Assembly: GCF_963506605.1 (NCBI RefSeq)
Contig: NC_083290.1
Span: 32,240,001-32,304,000 of the forward strand
Source: Zootoca vivipara
Taxonomy: Eukaryota
DNA length: 64,000 nt
Reading direction: 5' to 3'
Under the pieces are notes generated by a model. It was not told the origin of the DNA and ran no database searches. It worked only from the letters and a program-made list of their open reading frames with translations. This document shows positions 1-12,151 of the stretch, in pieces. The translations under genes were made by a program, and so were the position numbers. Numbering within the stretch: the stretch's first letter is position 1; every line of letters begins with the position of its first letter.

Positions 1-74
1 ATAGTGCCGTTACTTCTAGCCCCGCCCCTTGAATTTGATTGGCCCTCAGCGGCTCCAGAACCAAACGTTACTAC

Positions 75-248
75 CTGTCCGTGAAGAAAGATGGCCTTGT
101 CGCGCGCAGACTCCCTAAGCACTTTGCGCACGGAGATCTCAGCCAAGGGGAAGGTGCCAGCGCCGGGGCCTTCACTTTGGGACTCGGTGGTCCCGTTCTC
201 TCCATCTTTCGCCTCACGCTTTCGCTTAGCGCTAGGGGACTCCGCCAT
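75..248 (-). CDS. DCPS: m7GpppX diphosphatase (scavenger decapping enzyme), coding exon 1; gene continues off the left edge
   Basis: ATG at 248-246 gives 58 codons, MAESPSAKRKREAKDGENGTTESQSEGPGAGTFPLAEISVRKVLRESARDKAIFLHGQ, then donor CAG|GTAGT. KRKR NLS and KVLRESARDK.IFLHG match vertebrate DCPS exon 1, and DCPS neighbours TIRAP in human. Not in the ORF track. Confidence 0.93.
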
Positions 249-430
249 TTCTCTAAAACCTGTTGGCGCGCATGCGCTGTGGTCTCGAACTCTTCCCGCG
301 CTCGCTCGACTATGGAGCGTCAGGGCGGGCAACTCCCTCTGCTGGCAGGGAGGTCTCAACTACCAGGGGTGGTGGAGAAAGGGGCTTTACCAAGTCATTG
401 TACGCATGCGTTAGAGTGCGGTAACATTCC
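249..430 (-). promoter_or_regulatory. CpG-rich DCPS promoter/5' UTR with NRF1-like sites
   Basis: CpG-dense sequence directly upstream of the DCPS ATG; GCGCATGCGC near 267-276 and TACGCATGCGT at 401-411. Confidence 0.6.
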
Positions 431-856
431 TAATGTAGATGCAGGAAAGGGTGGAGCTGAAATCCAATGGTATGCACGTAGAACTTCAGGGCCACTTTAG
501 GCACTTTTCAAAACTTCTGAGCTGGGCAGGAAATAACAGCGGTACATAAACAAAAATCTCAGGATCTAATTGTGTGTTCAGATTATTTGCATGCAGAAGC
601 CTTGAGTTTCATCGGTTTGTGAGCAGGCGCTTTGTGATTTGAAATTATTAAAGCAAAACTAATCCATGCAAACTAAAGAGTTAGGTTGATTTTTACCGCT
701 ATCTTTTTTGGGGGATAGAGGCAGTGCTGCTATCCAAATCACCATTAGGCTAGGTTCCGTGTTTTTCTAAGCTGTTTTCAAAAAGCAGCTCTCACTTCTG
801 TCCAGGAAAGACCAAATTTTGCAGGCAGATTCAAACGAGAAGCCACAAACTCCATA

Positions 857-1076
857 CAGTGGTACCTCGGAATCCATCCCAGAAGTCCATTCAACTTCCA
901 GAAACCAAGGCGCGGTTCCGATTGGCTGCAGGAAGCTCCTGCAGCCAATCGGAAGCTGCGCCGGACATTCGGGTTCCAAAGAAGGGTTGCAAATCGGAAC
1001 ACTCACTTCCAGATTTGCAGCATCAGGGAGGCAAAATGTCCGATTGGCAAGCTATTTGTCAACCAAGGTACGACTG
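857..1076. mobile_element. Tc1/mariner-superfamily (Tigger/pogo-like) MITE
   Basis: TA|CAGTGGTACCTCGG...CCAAGGTACGACTG|TA termini with TA target duplication; internal palindrome 916-954. Confidence 0.85.
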
Positions 1077-2312
1077 TACATACATTCCTGGTCGATCTAG
1101 TCTAGCATCCTGTTCTCATCAGATGAGCCCATCAGGTGCCTATGGGAAACCAGAAGGCAGTATCTGTGCAGGAGCACCACTTGTGATTCCCAGCAACTTG
1201 CATTTAGAGGCATACTAAAGTAGGGGAAGAACATAGTCATCCTAGCTAGTTACCCCTATTTTCCAATAATTTATTGAATCCCCGTTTAAAGTTACCACTG
1301 CGTCTTGTAGGAGCGAATTCTATCGCTTTAAATAATGTATTGTGCATGAAGAACTACCTCTTCTAACATTCAGCTTCATTGGATGACCCCAGGTTCCGGT
1401 TTCAAGGTGGCAAGTCTCTCCACTTTCTTTAGCATCTCTGCTGTATTCTGTGGTACAAGATTCTTCCTTACCACCCATATCCCTTGGGCATTGGATTAAG
1501 AACAATAATTTTCAAATTTCTTTTGGAATTTATTTCTTAAATTTCCAAATCGTTTCCATCCCCCTAGGAGTCTTGCTTTCTTATCAGGACAAACTACACT
1601 GCAACCCCTGCATATCTACTCAGAAAGCAGCTTGCAGATAAATTGGTATAGGACTGGATCCTTAATTTCATGCAACACGCAGTACAACCATATGCACGTT
1701 TTGTTGTGTCCAACAGGACTTACTCCCTAGAATTTCAATGGTACCGCATTTATATGTTGTCTGAATTTTCTTCACAACCTGGACCACCACCCTGAAATAA
1801 ATAAATGGTAAGCCCACCTGGGACCGTAGAGTGAAGAGCGAGTAATAAATAGTAAGTACACTATGGATTGCAGACTACGTGCCAGCTTTTTAAGAGTTGC
1901 ACACAGCCAGAACTTCTAGTGCATCATATAGAACTGTCCTCTCCAGGGATCCCATTGACCATGAATTAGTACAGGGAGGAGGAGGGAAGGATTTTATCCC
2001 TCTATCTCCATGGTGAACATCCTGTTTGCCAATAGTAGGCAGGTAGAGTGGCACGCAATTCAATAAAAGTGCCAATGAAGAGTACTGTAAACTGAAATCA
2101 GTTCCAAGTCACACAAGTCACAATGCACTCAAAGCGCAATCTGTGGACATATTAGCTGATCTGTTCATTCATAATTATTTACATGTAACATGCAACACGT
2201 TTACAGTCCGTGTACACCGTTGCTTATCTGTACCAATAAAGAAAGATGTATTCCTTTGCACAAACAATTATACATGTGTACAGAAGAGCCTGTAGCTGCA
2301 TTCAGTATAATG

Positions 2313-2726
2313 CAGGGTCCCCAAACTACGGCCCCCGGGCCGGATGCGGCCCAATCGGCCTTCCGTTCCGGCCCGCGACGACCCCCGCCGCCCGCTGCCG
2401 CCGCCCGCTCTCACGGCGCGCGGCGCAGCGACGATCTAAAAAACCGGCAAAAAATCGCCGAAAATCCTTTGTGCGCATGCGTATGGGCCTCTCCCGACCC
2501 GGAAGAGGTCATTTCTGGTGCACTTCCGGGTCGGGGGAGGCCCATACGCATGCGCACAAGCGATTTTCGGCGATTTTTCCCCCGCGCGTGTGCGTGTGCG
2601 CATGCGCATGGGCGCACACTCCCCCGCCCTCCGGCCCGCTGCGCGCGCACTCCCCTGCCCTCCGGCCCACTGCGCGGTCGGCGCGGCGGGCACCGGCCCG
2701 CCGCGCGGTAAGTCTGGGGACCCCTG
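2313..2726. mobile_element. Young non-autonomous hAT transposon (414 bp)
   Basis: TIRs CAGGGTCCCCAAACT / AGTCTGGGGACCCCTG; perfect 8-bp TSD GTATAATG (2305-2312, 2727-2734); CpG-rich and undecayed; internal hairpin 2450-2578. Confidence 0.93.
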
Positions 2727-4541
2727 GTATAATGTGTGCACAAGCCTACAGACTTAAAAGGGTTGGTGTGTTGCGTTGTCTCTGTCATTTATAGTTGCTC
2801 CAAGGGTTTAACTGGGCCAGTGATGAATTAGAACAGGGTGGGTGGAGGAGGTTTGAAATAACTGCTGGATCTGAAGAGTTTGGTGCCTGAAATCACGTGA
2901 CATTCCAACAAGGTTCCTTAGTTATAAGAGGGAAATCTGGGCTGTTTTTAAGCCAGTCGGAAGCTCTGTGGGAGAATCACCAGAACTACATTCTGAAGTT
3001 TTGGTTTGTTTAAAGACTTTGATTTGCCTTGTCAAAAGATGAGGTTTCTACCGTTGCTTTCGGTATTACTCAGTGCTCCGTGTTACACAACGGCCTTCAA
3101 CTCAGAGAAGCAAAAAGGAACCAAAACTGCTATGGTTTCATAAGGGTTGCTAAGCAAAATCATGTTAATGCGCCATGCTGTCCAGAACAACAGAGGACGA
3201 CACTAAACGGTCTATTCCAAATACATTTACTTAGAGAAAAGTTAAGTGAATGAATTAAGTTTTGACTTAAACAAACAAAAATCACATTCTATAACATTAC
3301 AAAAATAGGCACCGACAGCAAAAAGTCTGCCCTTATCTCTGCTTCTTGGCGAAGTGGCCTGCAAAACAAACTAAACATCCAAATAATACTTTGAGACACC
3401 CATTACATAGGCTGTAACAGGGATGGAGAACTTCTGGTGCTAGACTAGAGTCTTTGTCATCCTTGGCCACTAGCCATGAGGGCTGATGGGAGGTCCAACA
3501 CCATCTGGAAGACCACAGGGTCCCCACTTCCTGGGCTAAAATTTGTAGCAGACGAGAAAATTGTTAAGTATTAGATGGAGTATTCACTTTCTTCCCACTC
3601 TATCCACTCACTGGCCGATTCATCCAGGTCATGTGGTAGGGAAGAAATGCAGAACGCAGCTTATTATTTTCATCCAAATTTGCATGTGGTGGATTGAAGG
3701 AGAGGTCAGAATAGATTAAACATGTCAGGGGTGGGGAATGTCAGGCCTGGGTGTCCCCAATGTGGCTCTCATCTCTGTTTGGCCCTAGAATTTGCTCCAG
3801 GCCACACCCCTCACAGCCTCTCCCTCACAGCCCATGTGTTTTTGCTTGGCTCAACTGTGTCCTTGAACTCTGATAATGCCCCTTTTATTGCCTGGATGGA
3901 GGACAGAGAGGGGTGTGTGGGAGAGTCTGCAGATACTAGCTTAAAGGTGATACAGTATTTTTGTTTATTGCTCCTCCCACTTTTTCCTCTGCCCTCGGCC
4001 ATCATTAACACTTGGCCTTTAGAAGGCTTCCTAGAAGGGAATGTGGCCTTTGGGCTGCAAAGGTTTTCCCACCTATACAATCTTGAACAGCAGCATAAGG
4101 TCATTTGGTCTTGGTATATATCAGGGTGGTCCAACCTTTCATACCAACTGGGCTGCAAGGGTAATTTGACACATAACCGGCAGGTCACACACTGCCTTGT
4201 TGCATGGTGCAAGGAGGGTGAATGGAGCAAGGCCAAAAATTGACAGCCCTCTCCCAGCCCTCAAACTGCCTTTCCAATGCACTGGGCTTTGGAAAGGAGG
4301 TGCAAGGCAAGGCTCGGACAGGGTCCCAGAGCCCTCCTACCTCCTTCCCAAAGCTGGGAGAGTATGCTAACTACCCTTTGGGAAGGAGGCAGGAAGATGC
4401 TAGGACCCCGTCAGAGCCCTCCCGCCTTCCTTTGGGAAGGAAGCGAGAGGGGAGGGGGATCAAATGTTGCCGAAGGCTGCCAAAAAGGGCTTCGAGGGCC
4501 ATGTGTGGCCCTCAGTCCACGTGTTGGACTGCCCTGGTGTA

Positions 4542-4790
4542 CAGTGGTACCTCGACTTACAAAGGCGATCCGTTCCGCGGCGCTCTTCGCAAGTCGAATC
4601 CTTCGGTTGTTGAAGCATCCATTTTGTGCATGCGCGAAGCGAGATTTTGCGCTTCTGCGCATGCGCTGACCGCGCGCACCACTTCTGCGCAGGTGCAGAA
4701 CATGCACGCGACGAAAAGACTTCCAGGTTTGCCGACTTCGTAAGTCGAAACCTTCGGAAGTCGAGTCATTCGGATGTTGAGGTACTGCTG
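4542..4790. mobile_element. Tigger/pogo-like MITE
   Basis: TA|CAGTGGTACCTCGAC...GTTGAGGTACTGCTG|TA. Confidence 0.8.
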
Positions 4791-5461
4791 TACGTATATG
4801 ATAAAAGGCAAGTGGGGGAAAATGAATGTGCCTTCAACCCAAGCGTGATAGATAAGGTCCAAATTTCAGATACAATTTAGCAGTCAGGCCTATGATGAAA
4901 CCTTGTGTCAGATAAGACTTCTTTCAAATTTCTGGCTAGTCACAACCTTTCTGGAGGGATTCTGGGGCAAAAATGGTAATCCTTCACCGAGGGAGATACA
5001 AACTTAAAAAAAGAAGAAACTCAAGTGTTTGCTTTCAGGGTTGAGAGAAGCTAAATTTGACACAATGAGAACCTGGTATCTACAATGGGCACAGAATTAC
5101 TGTTGTGGCAAAGAGTGAGAAATTGGGGGATGAGAGGGAATGGAATGGAGTATCATAAAGGAGGGCAGGGCTGGAGCAGCTCACACTGCAATATTTTCCA
5201 GCACGGCCCAAGTGTTAATATTAGTGTCCCTATGGTTGTGGTGGGCAGAACTAACACTATCGTTCCAGTTAGGACTATCAGAGCATAAAGCACACCAGAA
5301 TGGTAACCAGTTTGTGCTCTTTCCAGACTGTGAACTGCAAACTAGGATGGGATCTGCCCTTCAAAAGGTATGAGAGGCCAGGCCCACTAGAGAGAGAGAG
5401 CACCACGAAGACTTCTTCACCAATCCCAGTTGCACAACGAGGTGTTCCTTTGGCCCAGCCT

Positions 5462-8400
5462 TTATTTCTTCTGTTGCAGGATGTCCGGTTCGCCTATTCT
5501 GCTTTTGTTCTGACAGAGCTCCTGAAGATCTGAGAGAGACACAAAAGCTGTTAGGAGCTTTGAACCAGGCAGTTATGAAACCTCAGACAACCTTCACCCA
5601 TTTATAAAAACTCCATGGTTAGCACCCAGTAAACAGGCATTGCTTTCTACCATTTTGCCACAAGCAGTTGCATCTACTAGCTTGCAGGGCTGTACGTAGG
5701 AAGTTGTCTTAAACCAAGGTGGAGCATTGCTTTCTTTAGCTCGGTACTGTCTACAAGGGACAGGGAACCTGTGGCCTTATCAATGCTGTTGGACTAAAAC
5801 TCCCACCATCCCTGACCATTAGCCATACTTTTTTGAGTTCACGGCTCCCAACTACATTCTTTCTGCGGCAACCCTGTGGGGCTCAGGAGCCCAGCTATGT
5901 CACCTCTTGCCTGCAGAGCTGTCAGCCTCTCACCCTTTCTCGAACACCCTTCCTTGTGGAGTGTTCCCTCCTCTCCCATCTCCTTGGGAGTCCTCCAGGC
6001 AGCCGCTGCTGCCGCCCCTGGTCTCTGAGCTGCCCTCCTCCCTGGTCTCAAAGAAAGGTGCCTCCTCTCACTGGGACTTGTCTGTCCATTCCCAACAGCA
6101 AGGGCTGGTGGACTGGCTGGCTGGGCTCCCTCAACCACTTGCTTGCTTACTGTGAGGGGCCGCTTCAGCTCCTGGCAATCAGACTCACCCACCCCCAACC
6201 AGCCCCAGAGACACCATTCGCCTGGGGAGCTTGTAGCCAGAGCTGGTACAACAAACAGCTGTGCAAGCCTTTGGGAGGCAGAGACACAATAAGGCATTTG
6301 GGGGGGGAGGAAAGAAGGACAGAGGCCAGTGTTGCCCACAGCACCCCTGACCATCATTCAAGGCACCCCAGGGTGCCACAGCACATTGGTTGAAAACCAC
6401 TGATGTATTCCATAAGGTTAGTTACCTGGTAAAACAGGAAATTAAGGGTGAGAGTTCTGGGCAAAGTGAAAGTGCTGGTTTTGCCATAAAGGCTTTAGTG
6501 ACTCAGGGCCACAATACCTCAAGGACCGCCTCTCTCCATATAAACTGGCCCGGACTCTGCAGTTATCATTTGAGGCCCTTCTTCATGTGCCTCCTCAACA
6601 TGGGGTCCGAAGGGTGGCAACACAAGAATGGGCCTTTTCTGCAATAGCTCCCCGTTTGCAGAATCCTCTCCCCAGGGAGGTTCGACTGGTGCCTACGTTA
6701 TGATTATACATCTTTCAGCACCAGGCAAAGACATTCCATTACAACCAGGCCTTTGGCTAACAAACATCCTATATCCTTTTGAATGTGTTTGTGGGAATGG
6801 GTGGAAGAAGGGTAGTTATTGTTTTGTAGGGTTTTTGTTTGTTTGTTTCTTGCTTCTTCTTATGCATTTTGTGGTTTTATCTTGCGTTTTTATGTTGCGA
6901 ACCGCATAATTTAATAAAACAATAAATTTAGCCACCAGACTGGAATGCTGAGAAAGGGGCAGCTGAGGCAGTTATGACGGGGGGGGGGAGAATAGGACTG
7001 TCAGACCAGCAAGGAATAAGAAAGTATGGTTGTGAATTTGTGGAGTACAACCGATGCGCTGTCAGGCTTCAGGGAATCAGCTTCTCCACACACACCCCGT
7101 GGCAGTAGATAAGCAGGACAAAGGAAAAGGAGTCTTCTTACCAGTTAGAAACTTTAATGATCACAGCGAGAGAACTAAGAACCCATCTACTAGGAATGGC
7201 GGTGCTCCCAACTAAGAATTCCACCCCCTTATGTCCCTATCATCCACGTCACTCCTACATCTTGTAACCCGAGCTTGTACCCTCTGTGCTTTCTGTTCTG
7301 CCACTTTCTCAGCTCTTTTTGACCTCGGGGAAAGCGGATGAATGCTTTCCAGAGACAGTGAATCTGTTAACACACACACTCTCTCTCTCCCAGTCTTTAT
7401 TCTCCTTGCTGTTCCCCATCCAGTATTTCCCAGCTTCTGCCTTCTGAACTGTGCCCCTCTGCAAACCACTGTTCCAAATCCATACTGTCCTCCTGCTCCT
7501 GGGAAGATTCAGGATCCTGATCAGGAGCAGGGGGAGGCTCCCACTGTTCTTCCTCAGTACAGCCCTCCTCAGCACGGTTCCTGACATGCACCCACAGAAG
7601 TGGTTAAGCTGCTAAGAAACCCTCTCTTACTTACAGCGCAGCACCGTCTCTCTGATTTGCCTGAAGCTGGTATCTTGGAGCGTTACGCTGATGTAATAGA
7701 GGCATCGGAGCTCCCGGGGATAGTCTTTGCGGTCCATGTCCTTCAGCACCGGTATGGTGCGCCCGTTTGCCATGGGCGCCTCCGTCAAAGCGTGGTGCAT
7801 TTGGTAACGGCACCAGGGATCCTTGAGGAAGTTGGGTGTAATGAGCAGCACCCAGCAGTGGCTGTTCTGGACGGCGTCGCACAGCTCCGTGACGATGGCA
7901 CCCCCCGGAGCAGAGTCCCGGGGCTGAAGAAAGCAACGGAAGTGTTCCGGCTGGCTCTCTAGGTAGGAGACCAGCTCCTCCACAAACCCAAGGTCGCCCT
8001 CGTTGTGGCAGATGCACACGTCATACAACTTGTTCCAGCGGGCGCTGCCTGAAATGCTCACACTTACCTGAGAGGCAGAGGGCACCTGTTTGGGGCTGGC
8101 TGTCAAGTTGCTTGTTGGGGTGCTGGAACTACTCAACGGAGGAGGTGAAGGCGAATGTTTAGAAATATTGTTCAAGTGGCATTTTGTGGAGCTGGAAGTG
8201 TTCCTGGACTTCTGCAGAAGTGCCTTGAACCAGCCTGTAAAGTCACCAATTCAGAATCAGGCTAAATTGAACAGCAGCCAGCAGAGAGAGATCTAACCAA
8301 GACAGGTCCATGTAATGGTTTTAATTCTTTGATCAACCAGTCATTTCATGGATCGTTTTGCCCTTTCTTTATGGTATTTTACATTTTATTGTTAATATCG

Positions 8401-8753
8401 TTGTACACTATGTTACACTGTATGACTTGGTGGTCTTAGTGTGTGTACACACAGAGATAGAAAACAAACACAGATACAGTGGTACCTCGGTTTAAGAACA
8501 GTCCAGTTTAAGAACGATTTGGTTTACAAACTCCGCAAAACCGGAATTAGTGTCTTGGTTCAAGAACTTTACCTCGGTCGAAGAAAGGAATCCAAACGGT
8601 GGAAGGGCCCCGGCGGTGGGAGGCCTCATTAGGGAAAGCACGCCTCGGTTTAAGAACGGTTTTGGTTTAAGAATGGACTTCGGGAATGGATTAAGATCAT
8701 AAACCGAGGTACCACTGTACACACAAAATGAGTTTGACATACTGACCTGCCAT
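5462..8753 (-). CDS. TIRAP: TIR domain-containing adaptor protein (Mal), 224 aa, 3 coding exons: 8753-8747, 8234-7635, 5529-5462
   Basis: ATG GCA G|GTCAGT splices to AG|GC TGG TTC, giving MAGWFKALLQK. The TIR domain reads YDVCICH...RCFLQPRDSAPGGAIVTELC...LLITPNFLKDPWCRYQM. Donor T|GTAAGT joins AG|AT CTT CAG, giving YLQELCQ...QQKK*. Phases are consistent (7+600+68=675 nt). Confidence 0.93.
7060..7586 (-). mobile_element. Solo LTR (527 bp, probably Gypsy/ERV-type) in the last TIRAP intron
   Basis: Inverted termini TGTCAGG...CCTGACA; 5-bp TSD TGCGC (7055-7059) / TGCAC (7587-7591), differing by one CpG transition; ATTAAA on the minus strand at 7153-7158. Confidence 0.75.
8477..8717. mobile_element. 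Tigger/pogo-like MITE in TIRAP intron
   Basis: TA|CAGTGGTACCTCGGTTTA...TAAACCGAGGTACCACTG|TA, perfect 18-bp TIRs. Confidence 0.9.
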
Positions 8754-11497
8754 CCCAATAGCAAGACTATCTTCTAGGGATGGACTGATCAGTTCTGGCT
8801 CGCAGCCGTTTTGCGTGTATTCATTCACAAGGCTGTTCCATTCCGTTTCTGCATCGATCTGTAATTTTTAAAAAAGCACAAAAATTATCATTATTTCTGT
8901 TCATGCTTTAACCAAAAGTTAGAATTTTTGTATGCTATTTTCATTATTATATGCCCTTTGATGTGCACTTGATCTCGGTATATGAGTTTTTATATGCCTG
9001 TGCTCCAGAACTGCATTGCAAAATTCAAGGAAGTGTGAATTTTGAAAGGTGCCTGGGTTTTGATCTGCGCCCTATTTCAGATAGTGACATTTAGGTAGGT
9101 TTGCCTTTAAATGTGACCTGAATCAAATTTCTCCCCATCACTATTCAAAGCAGAACTTTATTGTTTGTCTAAATCTCCCACCCCACCAAACCAGCTACTT
9201 GAGCCAATTTCTACATCAGGGATGGGCAACCTGTGGCAGTAGGGCTGCCCTGGCCCAGTTTCAAAAGACCCCTGGAAGCAATCAGTTCAGACCTGAACTC
9301 TTGGAAGACAGTGAGCTAATTCATCTAGTTCACTGGGCAGGGAAGAAAAGGGTAGGCGGGGAGAAAAAGATCTGGCCCCACCCACAGTTGTCTTTGGTCC
9401 GCCCACTGCCACCACATGGCTCCCTCAGGTCCTCAACAGGCTTGCCCTCTGACCTACACAAAAAGGAGCCTGCAATAAGGGTGGGCAGTATACTGCAACC
9501 TATGGATTATCGTTTGCTGTCAGGTCATTTTTAGTACAGACATATGGAGTGTGTGTCAATTCCCAATTTTCTGTTTTAGACTTCCAATTGCAGAGAAGAG
9601 TGTACTGCAATAAAGTCTAAAGATTCAGGGGGGAAAGGCAAATTATAAGCCCTACACCTCTCCGAACTAGCAAAGCAGCTTGATATTTAAAAAATAAATA
9701 CTGTATCATAAACCAAAATCTTAACAACTCACAAACAAATACACTCAATAAATCCTACATGCCCACATTCCTGTTTACTCAGCATCCAGCATGCTCCCAT
9801 TGCTGATTTGGGAAGAGGTGTGCCGTAGGATGGAAAGACATGGCTGAGCCAAAGAGGTTTTGCAAGCACCACCAATCAGCTGATCAGCACCACCTCCAAA
9901 GCACAGGACTCTGAAAGGGTGAAGATCAGCTGACTGCCAGTGCTTGCAAAGCACTGCCCAGCTAGTGGTACAAACTTCAACATGACGACCAGCTGGTTGT
10001 CAAGGCTTGCACAACTCTGGGAACCTTGCTTTGAGTGACAAAACTTTGTGGGCAAAAACAGGTTTGCCCGACATTATAACCTCAAGCGCATAATCCCACC
10101 CATCTGTCAAGCCTGGTCCAGGCAGCACCCAGTTCAACTCTAACCTAATTGAGGTGTCTTTCTGGATCAAAGGGCACATTTGAAAATCTGAGCAACTTTT
10201 TTGGACACCACAAAAAAACACATTTCGCAGAAGAAAAATTGATGATGCTCAGAAACCTGTCCCTCAGCGTGCTCTCAAACTAAAAAAACACAGGGGAAAA
10301 AGCATGCTGGACACCCCAAAGGCCAAAAAGCCACCCCCTTTTTTAAATGTGGGGGCAGGGGTCCTTGGGAAGAAACAATGTGGGAGTGGTATCTGAGGAC
10401 AACATGATGGGGCCCCCGAGTCTGAATGCAGCAGAGCAGACTTACTTGGGTGTAGGTCTCACAGGCTGCAAACACATCATATATTTCAAACACGTGGCTT
10501 CCCCAAAGAATCCTGGGAAATGTAGTTCACCCCCAGAAAGATACAATTTCCAGCACCCGAAGCAAACTACAGTTCCCAGAACAGAAGTCATGTATGTAAT
10601 TTATGTATGTGATTTATATGTAATTCGTATAATTTGAATTAATTAATTAATAATGTGTTTTAAATGCATGGTGTGCAGATGCAGCCTCCGTGGACCTAAT
10701 TTTAGGCAAACATGCAGAGAATTGCAATGTTGTAAGATTTTAATTTTATGACTGTTATAAATCTGCTTCCAAGGGAAAGTTTAAAAACCCTTATCTAAAT
10801 GGAAGTGCATCAGTTTGCATTCCAAGGCATACATTGGGGGGGGGGCTAGTGGAGTTTTAGAACTGTGTACCCAAACTGCTGCAATCCGTTACAGTATTTC
10901 ATAATTAAAGTCAACAGTAGTTTTGCTATATGGGGAAAAAGTAAGTGCTGCACCCAGATTTACCCCCATCTGGCTGCCTTATGTCACCATTCAATCTCAA
11001 CCCTGAACTACTTCTGTTCCTTCTAAAAAAGGAACAGGCTCCCTCGCCCCCCAGCGTGGACCCGAATGTACACGACTACCGGTAATATCGGTGCATAGAT
11101 TTCAGTGGGTCTGCTCTGAGCGGGTAGACTTTGAGCAGAACTTCGTTGGCTACAAGCCATTGGATTTGAACGGCGCGGTCTACGAATGTGTGGCACAAAG
11201 AATTAAAAAACTAAAAGCCAGGAAGAGAGGCCAAAATTGATTGGAGTCCTCCTCGCCCGCCTGGGCGCGGAAGGCAGCGCTTCCTCCTGCATTTTGCAAC
11301 TTTATTTAGGAAGTACTGTACAGTAACTGCTCAAACCGCGGCTCTGCGGCCGCCTCGCCCCTCTTGCGTAGCGGAGGCATTGGCGAGAAACTGCGATCAG
11401 AAAGCGAGAAGAGGAGGATGGACCGGCAGCCGGAACCCTATGCAAGTTTACTCCGGAAAAAAAGGGCAGTCTAAATTCGATGAGGCGTACTCCCAAG

Positions 11498-11636
11498 CAG
11501 GGGTGCCAACTTGAATATGGAGGGGGGGGTGTAAACAACCCCTACCCTGCATAAATCGACGTGGTGCACGGACACCATTTGAATGACAATGCCAATACAA
11601 TTGGGGAGCCTCGGCCCCCAGGAGTTGGCTCCTATG
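11498..11636. mobile_element. Short hAT-like MITE
   Basis: CAGGGGTGCCAACT...AGTTGGCTCCTATG termini; imperfect 8-bp flanks CTCCCAAG/CTCCTATG. Confidence 0.55.
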
Positions 11637-12151
11637 CTCCTATGCACAGCATCCTAACTAGCCGGATTAACCAACCTTTCCTTCTGAAAGTGAGTTCGGG
11701 GCACAGCGAAGCTGCGTAAATTCCTGCGCGATGGTCACAATTCGGCCCGGTTGCCTTTCCTTCTGGCGATCGTGGAACCGGGGCGAAGCAGATCCCCTCC
11801 GAAGTGGGCGCGCGCGATCGGTCTCTGCTGCCTCCGGAGGAACTCGCCTGGGCTACTTCCCTCTTCGCCTGGGTGCTAAGGACCTCTCGGGTGCCCCCTG
11901 ACGCTGCTTTTTTTTTTTTTTTTGCAAGGAGGAGGATCTTGTGGCGCTTTGCAGGTTTTCCAGACTACTCGAAAGCGCTCAAACGCACGCCTACATGGAA
12001 GTAAACTCCGTTAAACTCGGTGGGACCTACTTCCGATAAAACACGCCCAGGAGACTGAACTGAAGGTTGCGATCCTCTATATCCATTTTTCTGGAAGTAG
12101 GCGGTCCACTGAACACAGTGACTTGGCGGACAAGCCTAACAATGCCTACTC

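Noticed and set aside
39-500. Plus-strand ORFs of 153 and 107 aa
   Set aside because: Antisense shadows of GC-rich DCPS exon 1 and its promoter; no recognisable protein.
2190-2794. Cluster of overlapping Arg/Pro/Ala-rich ORFs on both strands
   Set aside because: By-product of a GC-rich palindromic hAT MITE that is poor in stop codons.
5833-6402. ORFs of 186 and 172 aa in the TIRAP intron
   Set aside because: The region ends in a hAT-type TIR (GGTTGAAAACCACTG), so it is a transposon fragment; no domain similarity.
7397-7591. Acidic 64-aa ORF as a possible extra TIRAP exon
   Set aside because: Lies almost entirely inside the solo LTR, after an in-frame stop, with no suitable acceptor.
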